Assembly: GCF_006345805.1 (NCBI RefSeq)
Contig: NC_043001.1
Span: 5,518,001-5,582,000, forward strand
Length of the DNA: 64,000 nt
Direction: 5' to 3'
Source of the DNA: Octopus sinensis
Taxonomy: Eukaryota
In this document: positions 40,781 to 54,270 of the stretch, piece by piece
Layout of the letters: every line of letters begins with the position of its first letter
Numbering within the stretch: position 1 is the stretch's first letter
Made by a program: the position numbers and the translations under genes
The notes under the pieces: model-generated
Databases searched by the model: none
Seen by the model: only the letters and a program-made list of their open reading frames with translations
What the model was told of the DNA's origin: nothing

Positions 40781-42886
40781 ACACGATAGCTACTTTTGGA
40801 ACATCATGTTGAAATATGAAATATTTCGATAGAATAATGCAGAGCACGAAACTTCGCCTGTTATAACAGACATGTTCATTTAAAGAATAAAGGACCGAAG
40901 TAATGAATCAATGTTAAATCCCACCTTTGTAGGTCCTACTTCACAAATGGTAGGTATAGAAAATACTTTAAATTTTATGTAAATAGCAATAAAACATGAA
41001 TCTCATTGAACCATAACAATAAGATAACATCAGCCTTATTAATTAGTATTAATATGTTTCAAATAAATAAAGTTGAAGATTCACTATGTGTGATATTGAA
41101 GGATTGTACTCATGACCTTGTAAAAGTCTGCTTCTGAAGATATTCCATAAACGACACCGATACCAGTGTTATAATAACTGCAGCGGAGTACGTATCAGCT
41201 TGTGACGAGACCATCTGCAAGATATCCTTGTAGTCTGGCACGGTTTTGCCGGATATGGCATCTTATATTTTGTCGCATCTGTAAAAATCAAAACGCAAAT
41301 CCTATGTTATAAAAATTGATCTTCATAAAACAGGAGAGCTCACGATATTGAACAGGTCCTAAAATAACGAATGTAATACACATTGCATTTATAAAATAAA
41401 CAATAAATACAACCAAGAAGATCATAAACATGGTAGATGCAAATAATGTATTACAATGCATGAAACTATCGCCAACACACTAGAACCAATGTATAAAGGA
41501 ATATACTTAGAAAAAGCTTCGGGTCATTATTGGAAATAATACACTTGAAAAATGTTTTGTAGATGCATATCATACCAACGGAAGAACAAAGGCATGCGAG
41601 CCGTTACATTAGAACTTTTGCAACAAGGTGTTTACAAGCCACACAAAAGAAAACAAGATTAAACAATAGAGGTATGTATTTTATCTCTTGCAAACAATTG
41701 CCTAACACACATTGTAACGAATTCACTAATCTTCAGACGCATAACACATGGCTTTCAAAACTATCATTATTTAGGCCAGAAAACAATGTAATATTAATAT
41801 GATTGGGAAGTGAAGATATTTGCATTGAGAACAAATGTATGTAATGAAATCGTACAGGGAGCAAGTTTAGAATCAATAATCCGTGCATTGATGACTGATA
41901 CCGGTTTATGGTTTGATCACTCATTGCAGGCTACACGCAACGTGTACATTTGTTTACATGAAGAAATAAGAGAAATTAATGACAAGCCACTTTGGTAACG
42001 TCCTCGGTTTCTGACTGGTCGACAAGAAAGCAAGTGTATATCAAATGAAGCTTTATTGCAGAGATAAAACGTGGCAACTAAAAATCTGTGCCGTCGACAG
42101 ACCCTGTTTTCAATCATATCTGAACTAGGAAATTTATATACATGGCAATATATATAAATACATAAATGCATAGACGACTTCTGCGTTCAGACATCCCTGT
42201 ACGAATAGATTGCTGAAATTTTCTCCATGTGTGGCACGTATCTCAGATAATTTATCCAGATGTTATATCTCATCATTCAATTGTTTCAGTAATTCAATTG
42301 CGGCCATGCTGGGGCAGCACTTTATGGATTTCGTAATGGTAGTTCTAATTCATATTTAAATATCTTTTTTTTCTATTAAATCATAGATAATTCTCAGTAT
42401 TAAAATTTCTGAAGAACTATTCTTTCTGTATATAATAACTACCCAATAAGATACTGGTAATCGTCTCTAAGAAACACGGGAAGAGGATTCGATACAGAAT
42501 AACGCCTACACTTTTGTGAGTTATGTAGTAAAACTGTTGCTTTTTGATTTAGGAGCAAACCGTGAAAATTTGAAGGGAGGTCTTAGTCCATATCATCTCA
42601 GATAGTACTTTTCCCCGGTGAAATGTGAAGTTTTGCTGAGAAGGCTATTAAAAAGAAAAAAGAGAGAGAGAGACTCAGAGTAGAAACCATGTGAAATTGG
42701 TGGAATAACACTTGTTTTAAAACAATCTTTACTATGTTTATATTAAGGAGTGGTACTTACTAATCCAATTTGAACGAATTTTCAAATATTTTTATAACAT
42801 GATATATTTATCTTTTGTCTTTTTCTTCTACCGGTCATTAGGCTGAAGCCACCCAGGGACACTGGTTTGAGGAATGTTTGTTATTT

Positions 42887-43112
42887 CTTTCTTACCCTCA
42901 AGGGACTAAACATAGAGGAGACAAACAAGGACAGTCAAAGGGATCAAGTCGATTTAATCGACCACAGTGCGTAACTGGTACTTAATGAATCGACCCCGAA
43001 ACGATGAATGGCAAAGTCGACCTCGGCGGGATTTGAACTCCGAACGTATCGGCAGACGAAATACCGCTGAGCATTTCGCCCGGCGTGCTAACGTTACTAC
43101 CAGATCGCCGTC
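42887..43112 (-). mobile_element. SINE family 2
   Basis: Reverse complement of 48400-48615; further decayed copies at ~8770-8920, 44550-44660, 44740-44870 and 57220-57420. Confidence 0.85.
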
Positions 43113-45958
43113 TTGAAGAATGTTTAGTCGAATGAATTGACTGAACTGTTCATTTTAATTTCTAATGGATTATTTTAGCGATCCGCTTAGTTTGGTGGAC
43201 ATCAACACACTGTTTATGAAGCAGCGGAGGAGACGAACGCAAACACATACTCACACATTTCTTACAGTTTCTGTCTAGCAGACACAATCACTTTGGTCAA
43301 ATTCGAGCCTATTGTAGAAGACACACGCCCAATGTGCGATGCAGTCGGATTGAAACCTAAACCATGTGCTTGGGTAGCGAATAACTTACCCCAAAATTAT
43401 CCCTATGCCTACATATTCAGTTTTCCATACTCAATCTGATGCCATCCATTATTTGTGTGGAAAAAGTCGCACGGCGAAGTGGTTAGCGTTGATAAGGCTC
43501 ACGATCAAAAGATCTTCATTTCGAATTCCAGAGAGGAGAATACATTGTATTCTTGAGCGAAGTAAGTGACTTCCCTTCATTCCCGTCCATTAAGGTGTGG
43601 TTGAGTAATGTTGCGACCGACTGACGTCCTTTCAGCTGGCAGATACCATCTGTTTCAGTCATACTCCACGTAACCTGCTTTGCGAGTTCAGGAACACGAG
43701 ACAGTACTTACTTTGGTGATACTAATAAATGTTGCACGTAGATTGCAGAGTGTACTATAATCTTCACATGCAGAGAAAGATCTATTTTGCGTGGTAACAT
43801 TGGATTCAATACTGAACTGTGAAAGTATCCACGGCCTGGAGATTTTTCCATTGATTATCTAACGCCATTAAACCAATCGCCTTAAAAATGTCAAACGCAT
43901 TTTTTATTGGGAAACAATCACGGATTTAATAAGTGTTTTATGCACCATTATATACAGAAATCAATAGAGTGATAATTTCAGGATATGATCAATAAAAGTT
44001 CTCTTTCTCAAAAGTCATGCAGCTATTTTAGCAATTATAAACAGTGTGATATAAAATAATGGATGTCCACACGCAATTAAATAGAACTTGCTGTGGATAC
44101 AGATATTTTAAGTGTTTTTTCTATGAAGATTCAAGTGTTTAAACTTTTAGCAATTTCATTTCTTCGATCAACGTATAAAGACATTATTTTTAATAAAGCT
44201 GTTCATTGTTCTCTTTAAAAGACCACTGGCATAATGTCATTGATTGTTGAGAGGAAAATCACAATTCTTTTGACCAGGTGAAGTAAAATTTAAAATTATG
44301 GGCGGGTACACTTAGAATGAAATCTCTTTCACCGGCAATCGCTTCCAGGCATATTTATTTAAGTTGTTCTTTACATATTTTTCTAGGAATATTCTTTTAA
44401 AATCTTTATATCTGAAGGTGAAAGAAACAGATAAAACTGATCACGTCAAAGGTGAAAATGTGAAATTTTAAATCATAGATTTTTTCACAATATTTTTTTG
44501 TTTTTTTTTGTTTTTCGTATTAAGAATACATTTAACGCGAACATAAGGCAGAATTGTTAGAGCGTCTGAGAAACTACTTTGATGTGTTTCTTTAGCTTGC
44601 TTACTGAGTTAGAATTCTATTGAAGCAAACTTTTCCTTTCAACCATTCGGGGTCGATCAAATATTGGTTTGAAATTTAGTCACAAGGCCAGCAGATTCGG
44701 GGAGGTAATGGATCGACGCATGGACCCTCCCTACCAGTGAACTACTGGTACTTATGTTATCAACCTCGGGAGGGTGCAAGTCAAAGTCGACTTGTACGGA
44801 ATTTGGACTCACAACGTAAAGACGAATGATATGCCGCTAAACATATTGTCCGGCGTGCAAGCGATTACGCCTGTTCATCCCCTTATTGATGTTATAGATA
44901 TCCATCTCATATTTTGGCACAAGACCAGAAATTTCACGAGAGAAATATGTCTATTAATCCCTTGTCAGAACTGCTGACTTACGGGGACGTAAACACACCA
45001 ATACCGGTTGCCTGGCGGTGGGGAAAGGGCAAATACAGGCACAAGGACACACTTACACACACACACACACACACTCACATATATTTAATTCATTATGTAC
45101 ACAAATGTCTACACGATGTTTCCCGAGCATTGTCGAGTGTGTATTAACTAACAACGGTGAATATGAAAGGTGGGTTGTATGAATTTCCAGCTATATTCAA
45201 AATTTCTGGAAGGCATTGTCTAGGGCTAAATGAATTGGAGAATCGAGCTCCATGTTGAAGTGACCGCGCATTTCACACGGAAAGTTTTCATTTTGCTCAG
45301 CGCCATTCGTTCTCTTCTTTTCTTCTTATACAATACACGAAGATTATACATTTAACCAAATACTATTTCATCCGAGTGTCTTAATATGAACATTCACCTG
45401 TCTATCTCACTGTGTGCTCCATTTTATCCCAATTCTATGTTCCAGGGCACAAACCACACAACAAATTTAACGAAGATGTTCTCTATATTTTTGAACACTG
45501 TAAGTATTATCTTTACTAACAGAAATGCTCTCTGATGATTATATAAATACTTCTTTGTGTCTATATGGAAGATCACGAGATCACGTGATCAACCCAACTA
45601 TCGCATGCTGTTATACATCACTGGTCAGAGTGCTCTTTGTACCACTTTAGCTTTCGAATGAAGCCACCCAGCTGGTGAGGCGAGCAGAGCACCATGTCCC
45701 TTCATCAGAAGTCTATTCCATCGATCGGTTATACGCTTGCAGCTGAGTCAACTATACAATTGTCAAAAGAAAGAAAATGTTTCTCTCCACAACACAACAC
45801 GCTACTCGTTTCGGAAATCGAACTCACGATCGCCAGATTTTTTACGACCAACGCAGACTATTATCGAAAGTACAACCAGTAAAGTCCAATTACTTCACAC
45901 TGCCTCAATCGGCAATGATAACGCGCCACATCTGCAGGGTTGGTAACGTAATATTTAT

Positions 45959-46355
45959 ATAGGAGTGGCTGTGTGGCAAGCAGTTTGCTTATGAACGACA
46001 AGGTCCCGGGTCAGTCCCACTGCGTTTTGTGAGTGGATTTGGTAGACGGAAACTGAAAGTGTTATGAGTGGATTTGGTAGACGGAAACTAAAAGAAGCCC
46101 ATCGTATATATAATACACACACACAAGGACACATACATATACGCGTATGTTTGTATGTTTGTATCCCCTCCGACATTGCTTGACAACTGATATTGATGTG
46201 TTTACGTCCTCTAACTTAACGGCTCGGCAAAAGAGCCCCATAGGATAAGTACTAGGCTTACAAAGAATATGGCCTAGGGTCGATTTGTTCGACTAAATGT
46301 GGTGATCCAGCATGGCCGCGGTGAAATGACTGAAACAAATAAAAGAATAAGAGAA
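45959..46355 (+). mobile_element. SINE family 1, internally rearranged
   Basis: Head and tail present; GAGTGGATTTGGTAGACGGAAACT is duplicated in tandem at ~46031 and ~46066. Confidence 0.8.
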
Positions 46356-47724
46356 TAAAAAAATGTTCATTTCCACTTTGTATATTTTCATTTATTATCT
46401 CTGGTAGCAGACGCGTCCTGTGTGAAGCTTGTCTATAGACCGAAGCCGAAATGCTGGTGGATGACATCATAAAACCAGTGTGTTACCTCGTTAGCTGTAG
46501 AAACACCGCAGTTCTGTCCGTTTTGTGTCTATGGATAATAAGCTTTACATTTTGCACCTGAAAGCTAATATAATAATTTCATTACTACGATGACGTTCGA
46601 TTTTTTCCTAACCTTGTTTTTCGTTGCAATAAATGTTTTGCTTCTATATTGTTGTCAGCATGTGATAAAATTTGTTCCAATGGTCCCTATCCAGTAAAAA
46701 CTTAAACAGATACAGTAGAGTAGCATTCATGCATTAGTTGCAACATAGCAATTGAGAATGATATCAAAACCACACTGTAGTTGTAAAAATCTGACGGAGT
46801 TCTTATCCAAGCAAATATTCTCTGTAGTATTGTGAAGTATACATGTAGTTATATATGTATCTAGCTACGTAAAGTTACTCGAAAGATTTCTTTGCAACGA
46901 CCAGCAATACCGCAGTGAATCTGAAAGGTTTATTTTCAAGAAAACTCATATAGAATTGAATACTCTTGTAGTAGGAGACCTTGTCATGCATTGTATGTAG
47001 TTCTTACTGGAGCCAAACCGAAACCCGAACTGCAAAATAATTTTTATTTCTGTTTTGTTCGCAATGCTATTTTTGAACTATTTTTCATTTCTTTATGGCA
47101 AAAGAATTTATGTATACGTGTGTATCCGCGTGTATGCTTGTATCGTCTCCTCAAAATTCAAACAGTATGTATAACCATGTATAGGCGTATAAATATTAAC
47201 ATGTGTGTGTGTGTGTATGTGAATGTGTTATATGTGTATTTCTATATACATATATGTATGTATGTTCGCATGTAAATATCTGCGTATGTATGCGTCTGTA
47301 CACTAGCGAATAATAACTAAGAGAAATTATGCATTGACCAACTTAAAAACGTACTTCCTAGACATCGTAAAATCACTTTGTGACACTATTTCCAAGGCAA
47401 AATAAAAACTAAAATATGTATGGAAACACAAAAGAAAGCAAGAGAAGCGACAGAGATCTTTGAATTTTTGGCAATAATTCCCATTGTTTTTGATTGTGAA
47501 GAGATAAATTGAAATACATACATTATCATACGGAAACCTTATACTGAAAGAAAACAAATTAGTTTCCAAAGTTCTAGAACTCGGAAAATAACAAAGGGAC
47601 TTTATAGAAAATAAACTCAGTTTCTTCGGCTTATACAGATTTCTAAATGGGCTATCACCTTGCATTAACTATGCACGTATTTTATACATATATACATACG
47701 CACCCATATATATACACATTTATG

Positions 47725-47813
<89 letters not shown>

Positions 47814-48399
47814 GTACACATATACATATACACATATGTATATTCATATCTGTATGTGCTTGTGTATAGAAATAGAACGGAGAGTGCGATAGTCTCCAAT
47901 GCATAAAAAATAAAGTAGATTTTGTATGATTTCAACTCTCTTCCTTTCCTTTCAACCCTTCGTCTGTATGTCTCTTTCTCTTTCTCAATCTGAATTTAAA
48001 TGATGAAATTTTAGTACAAATAAAGAATTTGAATGTTAGAAAACTTCGCAGGCATCCGTGGAATCACAGGAAAAGCCAGAAATGAGATATTGAAACCATT
48101 ACAATTTACAAGTCTCTCTTCATCATGGTTCGTGTTGAAAGAATTAAACATAGGAAGATAGAGCTCTTCAAGTAACAAATGTTATTGTTGTATATAACCA
48201 TAGAAAATTCTTTACAAGGGATGTATTATAGATACTGAAACACACGTTAAAACACATCCTGGGGGCCGAGTATACAGGGTTTTTGTTAAGAATATTCCTG
48301 TAAGCGACCTGATTTAAGCCCCTCACTGTATTATTGAACAAGCCGGTAGTTGTAAATTCTGTCAGCTCTCAGTTTTGCATTCAAAATATTGTTCGGTGA

Positions 48400-48615
48400 A
48401 AAGGCGGCGAGCTGGTAGAAACGTTAGCACACGAAATACGTAGCCGTATTTCGTCTGCCGTTACGTTCTGGGTTCAAATTCCGCCGAGGTCGACTTTGCC
48501 TTTCATCCTTTTGGGGTCGATAAATTAAGCACCATTCATGCACTGGGGTCGATGTAATCGACTTAATCCTTGTTTGTCCCCTCTGTATTTATCCCCTTGT
48601 TGGTAGTAAAGAAAT
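48400..48615 (+). mobile_element. SINE family 2 (tRNA head, Meta-domain-like core) with 16 bp TSD
   Basis: GCTGGTAGAAACG (A box), GGTTCAAATTCC (B box), core GCCTTTCATCCTTTTGGGGTCGATAAATTAAG reminiscent of the MetaSINE domain; TSD AAATATTGTTCGGTGA at 48384-48399 and 48616-48631. Confidence 0.88.
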
Positions 48616-49034
48616 AAATATTGTTCGGTGATGCTGATATGAAAGGGATTCAGGTTCTATCCTCACCGTAATCCATTCCACCAGGTTACTGTCATTTACC
48701 ATTTGTAAAATATGCACCAACTATAGAAATATATCAAGTAGACAACAGATATTAAAGAGGCAATTTTATGCGCTCGCAGTTGGTCTGGATACTGATTGAC
48801 AGAGTAATGAAACTACTACACAACATGGATACCTTCAATGCAGACGTCAAAGAAGCAAAGTCATGTAAACTATGCAGAGAACAATGTGGTGACGATCCAA
48901 AAGTTTCAAGACATGTAGATCTACACCGGCAGCCAGTAGGAAAAAGTGTGAAAAACGGAATGATTTTCGACTTTCGAAATACCGATACAAAAAATGTGGC
49001 GAAATGCTGAACCCGAATTTGAAATGTGTATCTC

Positions 49035-49073
<39 letters not shown>

Positions 49074-49126
49074 AATTTATAAAGGAAAATACACACACTT
49101 TACATAGTTTTAATATAATTTTTAAC

Positions 49127-49161
49127 ATATCGACCAGCTTCGCTTTCGCTATTCATGATAT
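49127..49161 (-). ncRNA. Minimal hammerhead motif, A3-U8 core (inverted copy)
   Basis: Minus strand AUAUC AUGAAUA GC-GAAA-GC GAAGC UG GUC GAUAU. Confidence 0.65.
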
Positions 49162-50122
49162 TAAGGTTTACTTATTTGAATATGTATTTTCTTAAGAAGA
49201 AATTTTTGTCTATGTTGTGTGTGATGATATTTACGTGTGGTTGACTTCACAAGTTGAAAAGTAAGGGGAAGTAATTGGTTATCGTTAATATTGTTATTGT
49301 TTTGGGCAATCGAGGTAACTGTTCAGATTTCTGTAAGGGGAGGGGCATATATATACACCAAAAAAGTTTATCATTTGGAAGGAGGGCATCGACAAACTTT
49401 TGGATTTCAAATCAACATTAAATGATATAAATAGTAACATACAATTCACAATGGAATATAACAAAGAACAGCTCCCATTTGTAGATGTCATGATAAAAAT
49501 GTCAACAATCAAAGCATAACTGTTTATATCAACACACAACCCCAGAAACAGTGAGGCATTCAAAACTATTGTGCAAAATCTTCCTTTAGTAACTAGAGAT
49601 CCAAAAATGAACGACATCCTGAAAACGTACAAACTTATCATATGATAAAAGCAACACAAATCGCTAAAGAGACTGCTAAAAAGTGCGAAATTTACAAATT
49701 AACCACGAAACCAACGGTTAAAAAATGTGGACGCCCAAATTGTGGAACCTTCCCCAACTTATTTGATGGCTCGGATTTTTTTTCAAACAAGGAGAGGGGT
49801 TCACAATTAAGACTAGTTTCACTTGAGCATCTGAGAACCTAATTTATGTAATAACCTACTAGAGTTGTGAACAAAACTATATTGGACAGATGAATATGAC
49901 CTTGAGATGGAGAACCACTTTACATAATGAGAAAAAACAGTTCCCATCCTCTAACCGAAGCTGAACACTTATCACTCTTGCCCACAACAACAATAATAAC
50001 AATAACCAATTACCTCCCCTTATTTTTCAACTTGTGAAGTCAGCCACTCGTAAATATCATCACACACAACATGGACAAACATTTCTTCTGATAAAAATAC
50101 ATATTCAATTAAGTAAACCTTA

Positions 50123-50157
50123 ATATCATGAATAGCGAACGAGAAACCGGTCGATGT
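50123..50157 (+). ncRNA. Minimal hammerhead motif, A3-U8 core
   Basis: AUAUC AUGAAUA GCGAACGA GAAAC CG GUC GAUGU; the two copies have complementary defects and give an intact consensus. Confidence 0.65.
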
Positions 50158-50266
50158 ATTAAAAATTATATTAAAACTATGTAAAGTGTGTGTATTCTCC
50201 ATTTTTAATTCCTTATATATTTTACAACTCACTACGTGAGGATAATCAAATTTCCTCCTTCCCTGT

Positions 50267-50313
<47 letters not shown>

Positions 50314-50353
50314 TATATGATTGGTAGACGGAAACTGAAAGAAGCCCGTCCTA

Positions 50354-50396
<43 letters not shown>

Positions 50397-50401
<5 letters not shown>

Positions 50402-51015
50402 CCCGGGTTGATTCGGGGTTAACCACAGTAAATAAGGTACTCAATACATCAAGTAAAATTAATTATTATATAGAAGGAGCTTCTACAGGACTAGACTGTT
50501 TCATTCAAGAGAAATCTTCAGAAGCTAGTTAACAAGATTGTATTGGCATTTATACATTTAGGCAGGTTTAACGGGGTGTTGGTGGGGGACTTTTTTGGGG
50601 GTAGGCATAGCACAAAATATCATACTTGGGGGAGTGGTCAAGGAGTCAGTGTTAATTAGATAGAAGAATAAATAAAAAAATAAAAAATAAAAAATAAAAA
50701 ATAAAATAAAAAAACCTATATATAAAAAAGGTTTTTTTGGTTTTTTTTTATATATATAGGTTTTTTTATTTATATTTTTTTATTTTTTTATTTTTTTTTT
50801 TTTATTTATTCTTCTATCTAATTTAACACTGACTCCTTGACCACTCCCAAGTATGATATTTTGTGCTATGCCTACCCCCAAAAAAGTCCCCCACCAACCC
50901 CGTTAACCTGCCTAAATGTATAAATGCCAATACAATTCTTGTTAACTAGCTTCCTGAAGATTTCTCTTCAATGAAACAGTTCTAGTCCTGTAGAAGCTCC
51001 TTTATAAATAATAAT
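50397..51015 (-). mobile_element. Fold-back PLE-type insertion with ~260 bp arms and two hammerheads
   Basis: Arms ~50462-50728 / 50742-51012; same terminus as 23001; HHR motifs at 50478-50526 (-) and 50948-50998 (+). Confidence 0.8.
50948..50998 (+). ncRNA. Type I hammerhead-like ribozyme with atypical stem II
   Basis: AGCUUC CUGAAGA UUUC-UCUU-CAAU GAAACAG UUCUAGUC CUGUA GAAGCU; 6 bp stem I, 4 bp stem III, GUA site; the inverted copy has GAAU in stem II. Confidence 0.7.
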
Positions 51016-51016
51016 A

Positions 51017-51058
<42 letters not shown>

Positions 51059-52473
51059 TGTGTGTGTTTGTGTATCTCTGTGTTTGTCCCCCTAGCATTG
51101 CTTGACAACCGATGCTGGTGTGTTTATGTCCCCGATAGGATAAGTACTGGCTTACAAAGAATAAGTCCAGGGGTCGAGTTGCTCGACTAAAGGCGGTGCT
51201 CCAGCATGACCGCAGTCAAATGACTGAAACAAGTAAAAGAGTAAAAGAGTAATATATACCTTTTCAGTGTATGATATAGATCTCATTGGATTTCGAACTG
51301 TATTATATTCTTAACACACTTATTTAACCATTGCGCATAAAGCTAAGTTGTATAACATGCATTGCAAAAACTCTTTTCAGCAATATATGTATATTTAAGT
51401 AGTTTTCAGTAGGCTTGCAGCTGTAACAGAAGCATTATTAAAAGCACATAAGTTTATTGGAGCACAAATACATAACTGATAGAAGATATCGGTAATGGGA
51501 ACTGAATGACTGGAGCTGACGTGGTGCTATGCAAGCAAATAAATTCATTATTCGAAATATTCTTGGAAATGAGAAAAGCTCCAGGTGGTGGAATCATGAC
51601 TGATAGTTTCCATCAAGTTTGATGCAGAGAGACTTTGAAAATGGACATTTTTAAATTCTCTTTTCTTGATATTTTCACGAAAACTGCTAAATAAAGTGAA
51701 AGTGACATTTACTTATTTATAGTAGAGAAAGATAAAAATGATATAAGGTTTACGGATATATCAGTAAGTGAATTGGCTATTTTTGATGTTGCAACTTAAA
51801 TTAACCCTTAAAACCGACGTTCATAAAAATCTAAAACCAAAACAAATATATGCAATATTATACGTTTTATTTTTCGATTATTTTCCTATTTATTTAGCAA
51901 ATATATTATTGCAGGTGTTACATACACCAATCGAACGAATTGCGAAATGTTTTAATATATTAGGAGAAAGTATATTAAATTTAAATAGATCGCTACAATT
52001 CTATTTAAAAGAACTTTTATATATGTATATATTTATATATTTAGTTTAGTTAACGTTTTTGCGAAAGAAAAGTTTTGCTGTGAAACATTTTTGACGCCGT
52101 ATGTCATTAATGGTGAAACAACCTTGAAACTTCAACATTTCTACAAAGCATCAAAAAAACATCACATGAAGGCCAGACAAATACTATATAGTCACATGTT
52201 TAATTTATTCTTTTGAAGGCAATATGGTCGTGTGTTCGATTCCAGCAAAAGCGGGGCTCCGAGTCATTGAGAAATGCGATATATTTTCTCTTGTTCGAAT
52301 CTTATCTTCAGCTGCAAATAAGCGTATCAATATGCAGGACAAGCTACGAGAAGGTTTCAGTGTTTGCTTTCAACGGCATGGAGTTCTATGACAACGGCCG
52401 AAAGCATTACACATCTCTTACCACATATATCATACATACGCTAATATATACATATATACATACATATATATAT

Positions 52474-52576
<103 letters not shown>

Positions 52577-52686
52577 TCAACGGGTAATCGGAAATATTAG
52601 AAATTCCCAGCACTACTGGCCTAGCGTGTAAAATTTTTAGTCAATAAACTATATATTATTCATATAAATACACCGTACATGTAAAC

Positions 52687-53079
52687 GTGGAGGCGCAATG
52701 GCCCAGTGGTTGGGGCAGCGGACTCGCGGTCATAGGATTGCGGTTTCGATTCCCAGACCGGGCGTTGTGAGTGTTTATTGAGCGAAAACACATAAAGCTC
52801 CACGAGTCTCCGACAGTGAATGGTGGTGATCCCTGCTGTACTCTTTCACCACAACTTTCTCTCACTCTTACTTCGTGTTTCTGTTGTATCTGTATTTCAA
52901 AGGGCCAGCCTTGTCACTCTCTGTGTCATGCTGAATATCCCCGAGAACTGCGCTAAGGGTACACGTGTCTGTGGAGTGCTCAGCCACTTGCACGTTAATT
53001 TCACGAGCAGGTTGTTCCGTTCATCGGATTAACCGGAACCCTCGTCGTCGTAACCGACGGAGTGCTTCCACTCCACTCC
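52687..53079 (+). mobile_element. tRNA-derived SINE, family 3, with 10 bp TSD
   Basis: A box TGGCCCAGTGG, B box GGTTTCGATTCC, (CTCCA)n tail; TSD ACATGTAAAC at 52677-52686 and 53080-53089. Confidence 0.88.
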
Positions 53080-53874
53080 ACATGTAAACACATAAGAGGT
53101 ATCCACCATATGACTACCTTCACGCTAGAGAGAACAGTTAAATTCCAAACTATTATTAGGGATTAAATTTCGAATGGAATGAAAAATAAAAAAAAAACAT
53201 TTACCACCTAACTCCTGGACCAATGGTTTCATACCTTTTTAGCAAATAAAATAATTTGCTAGGTGAAACCTTATTCAGCAAGTACGCCTTAGATTATTTA
53301 TATATACACGATGCAATCCAGTAGATGCCCGTGCTTATACATTCTAAGTTTTCAAATCTACCACACAAGATTGTGTGTGTGTGTAACGAAAAATAAAATG
53401 TCCAATGGACACTAATTGTGAACGAGGCACGTATATGTCTAAAAATAAACGTGAAATCTCTTGGAATGTTCATATACTGACAGGGAAGATAACGGCCCCT
53501 ATAATTGAAACTACACAAACTCACCTTTTGTGGTTAAATCTGATGTGGTGTTAAATTTCAGTTGCTAACTTAACCAAAAGCCAATAGCCGATTTTGTATA
53601 ACATTCGATGCAACAGCACTTATGATTTCAAACTTCCCCGTGTATATTAAACTCAGTTGTATCTGCCTATGCGGGCAGCAAACATAGTGACCTTAAATGA
53701 TAAAGAAGGTGCAATATTAACATAACACGGTAAGTAACTCTGTGACTGTACACTGATGTTTGTATCTGTACACAGAGTATGGTTGTTGGAAATTGCACAG
53801 TTAGAAATTTTGTTATACGGAAATGACGTCATCGCTTGTTTTAAATGTTCGACGTTTAACAGGGATCTGTATAA

Positions 53875-54270
53875 TCTTTATATATAAAAGTGAGGTTGTG
53901 TGCTGTCTGCCTCCTACGATTTAGATTCCTAACTACTCCCACATTTTGCGGTGCAGTTTAACCAAAACCGGGTATCTTATAGTCGTGATTCATATCGAGC
54001 CCTTCTGGGTATTAGAGCGCGTCTACGATGAGTCTACGATTAAAAAAAAAAAATACCATAAATTTTTCTCATTTTTAATGCATTTTTGGCATATATAAGG
54101 GAAGTAACTCCCTAAAAATTCATTATAAAATCTCAGAACGTAAAAAGCTACAGTAACACTCCCCCTTTGTGGTTACCCATATTGAGATGGCTATTATACT
54201 TTACATCTCTAAAAATGCTCATATAGTTATCTCCCTTACAAACCCGAGCAACGGCGAGCGATACTGCTAG
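53875..54270 (+). mobile_element. Non-autonomous Helitron
   Basis: 5' TC, 3' CTAG preceded by a GC-rich imperfect hairpin (CCCGAGCAACGGCGAG), inserted between A and T, no TSD; second copy at 60989-61380. Confidence 0.85.

Larger units (their letters stand above)
49069..50255 (+). mobile_element. Internally deleted PLE with inverted 5' pLTR
   Basis: FIIWKEGIDKLLDFKSTLNDINSNIQFTMEYNKEQLPFVDV (RT), FISTHNPRN..., KKCGRPNCGT (linker), NLIYVIT..CEQNYIGQ (GIY-YIG); ~220 bp inverted repeats ~49085-49298 / 49990-50198; between (TA)n and (CTA)n. Confidence 0.85.
50320..51252 (+). mobile_element. SINE family 1 (5'-truncated) split by a fold-back insertion in its (TA)n tract
   Basis: TTGGTAGACGGAAACTGAAAGAAGCCCGTC at 50321-50350, SINE 3' half resumes at ~51055. 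Confidence 0.8.

Noticed and set aside
52687-52765. Possible tRNA gene
   Set aside because: A and B boxes continue into a SINE body with tail and TSD; it is a SINE head, as in the other two families.
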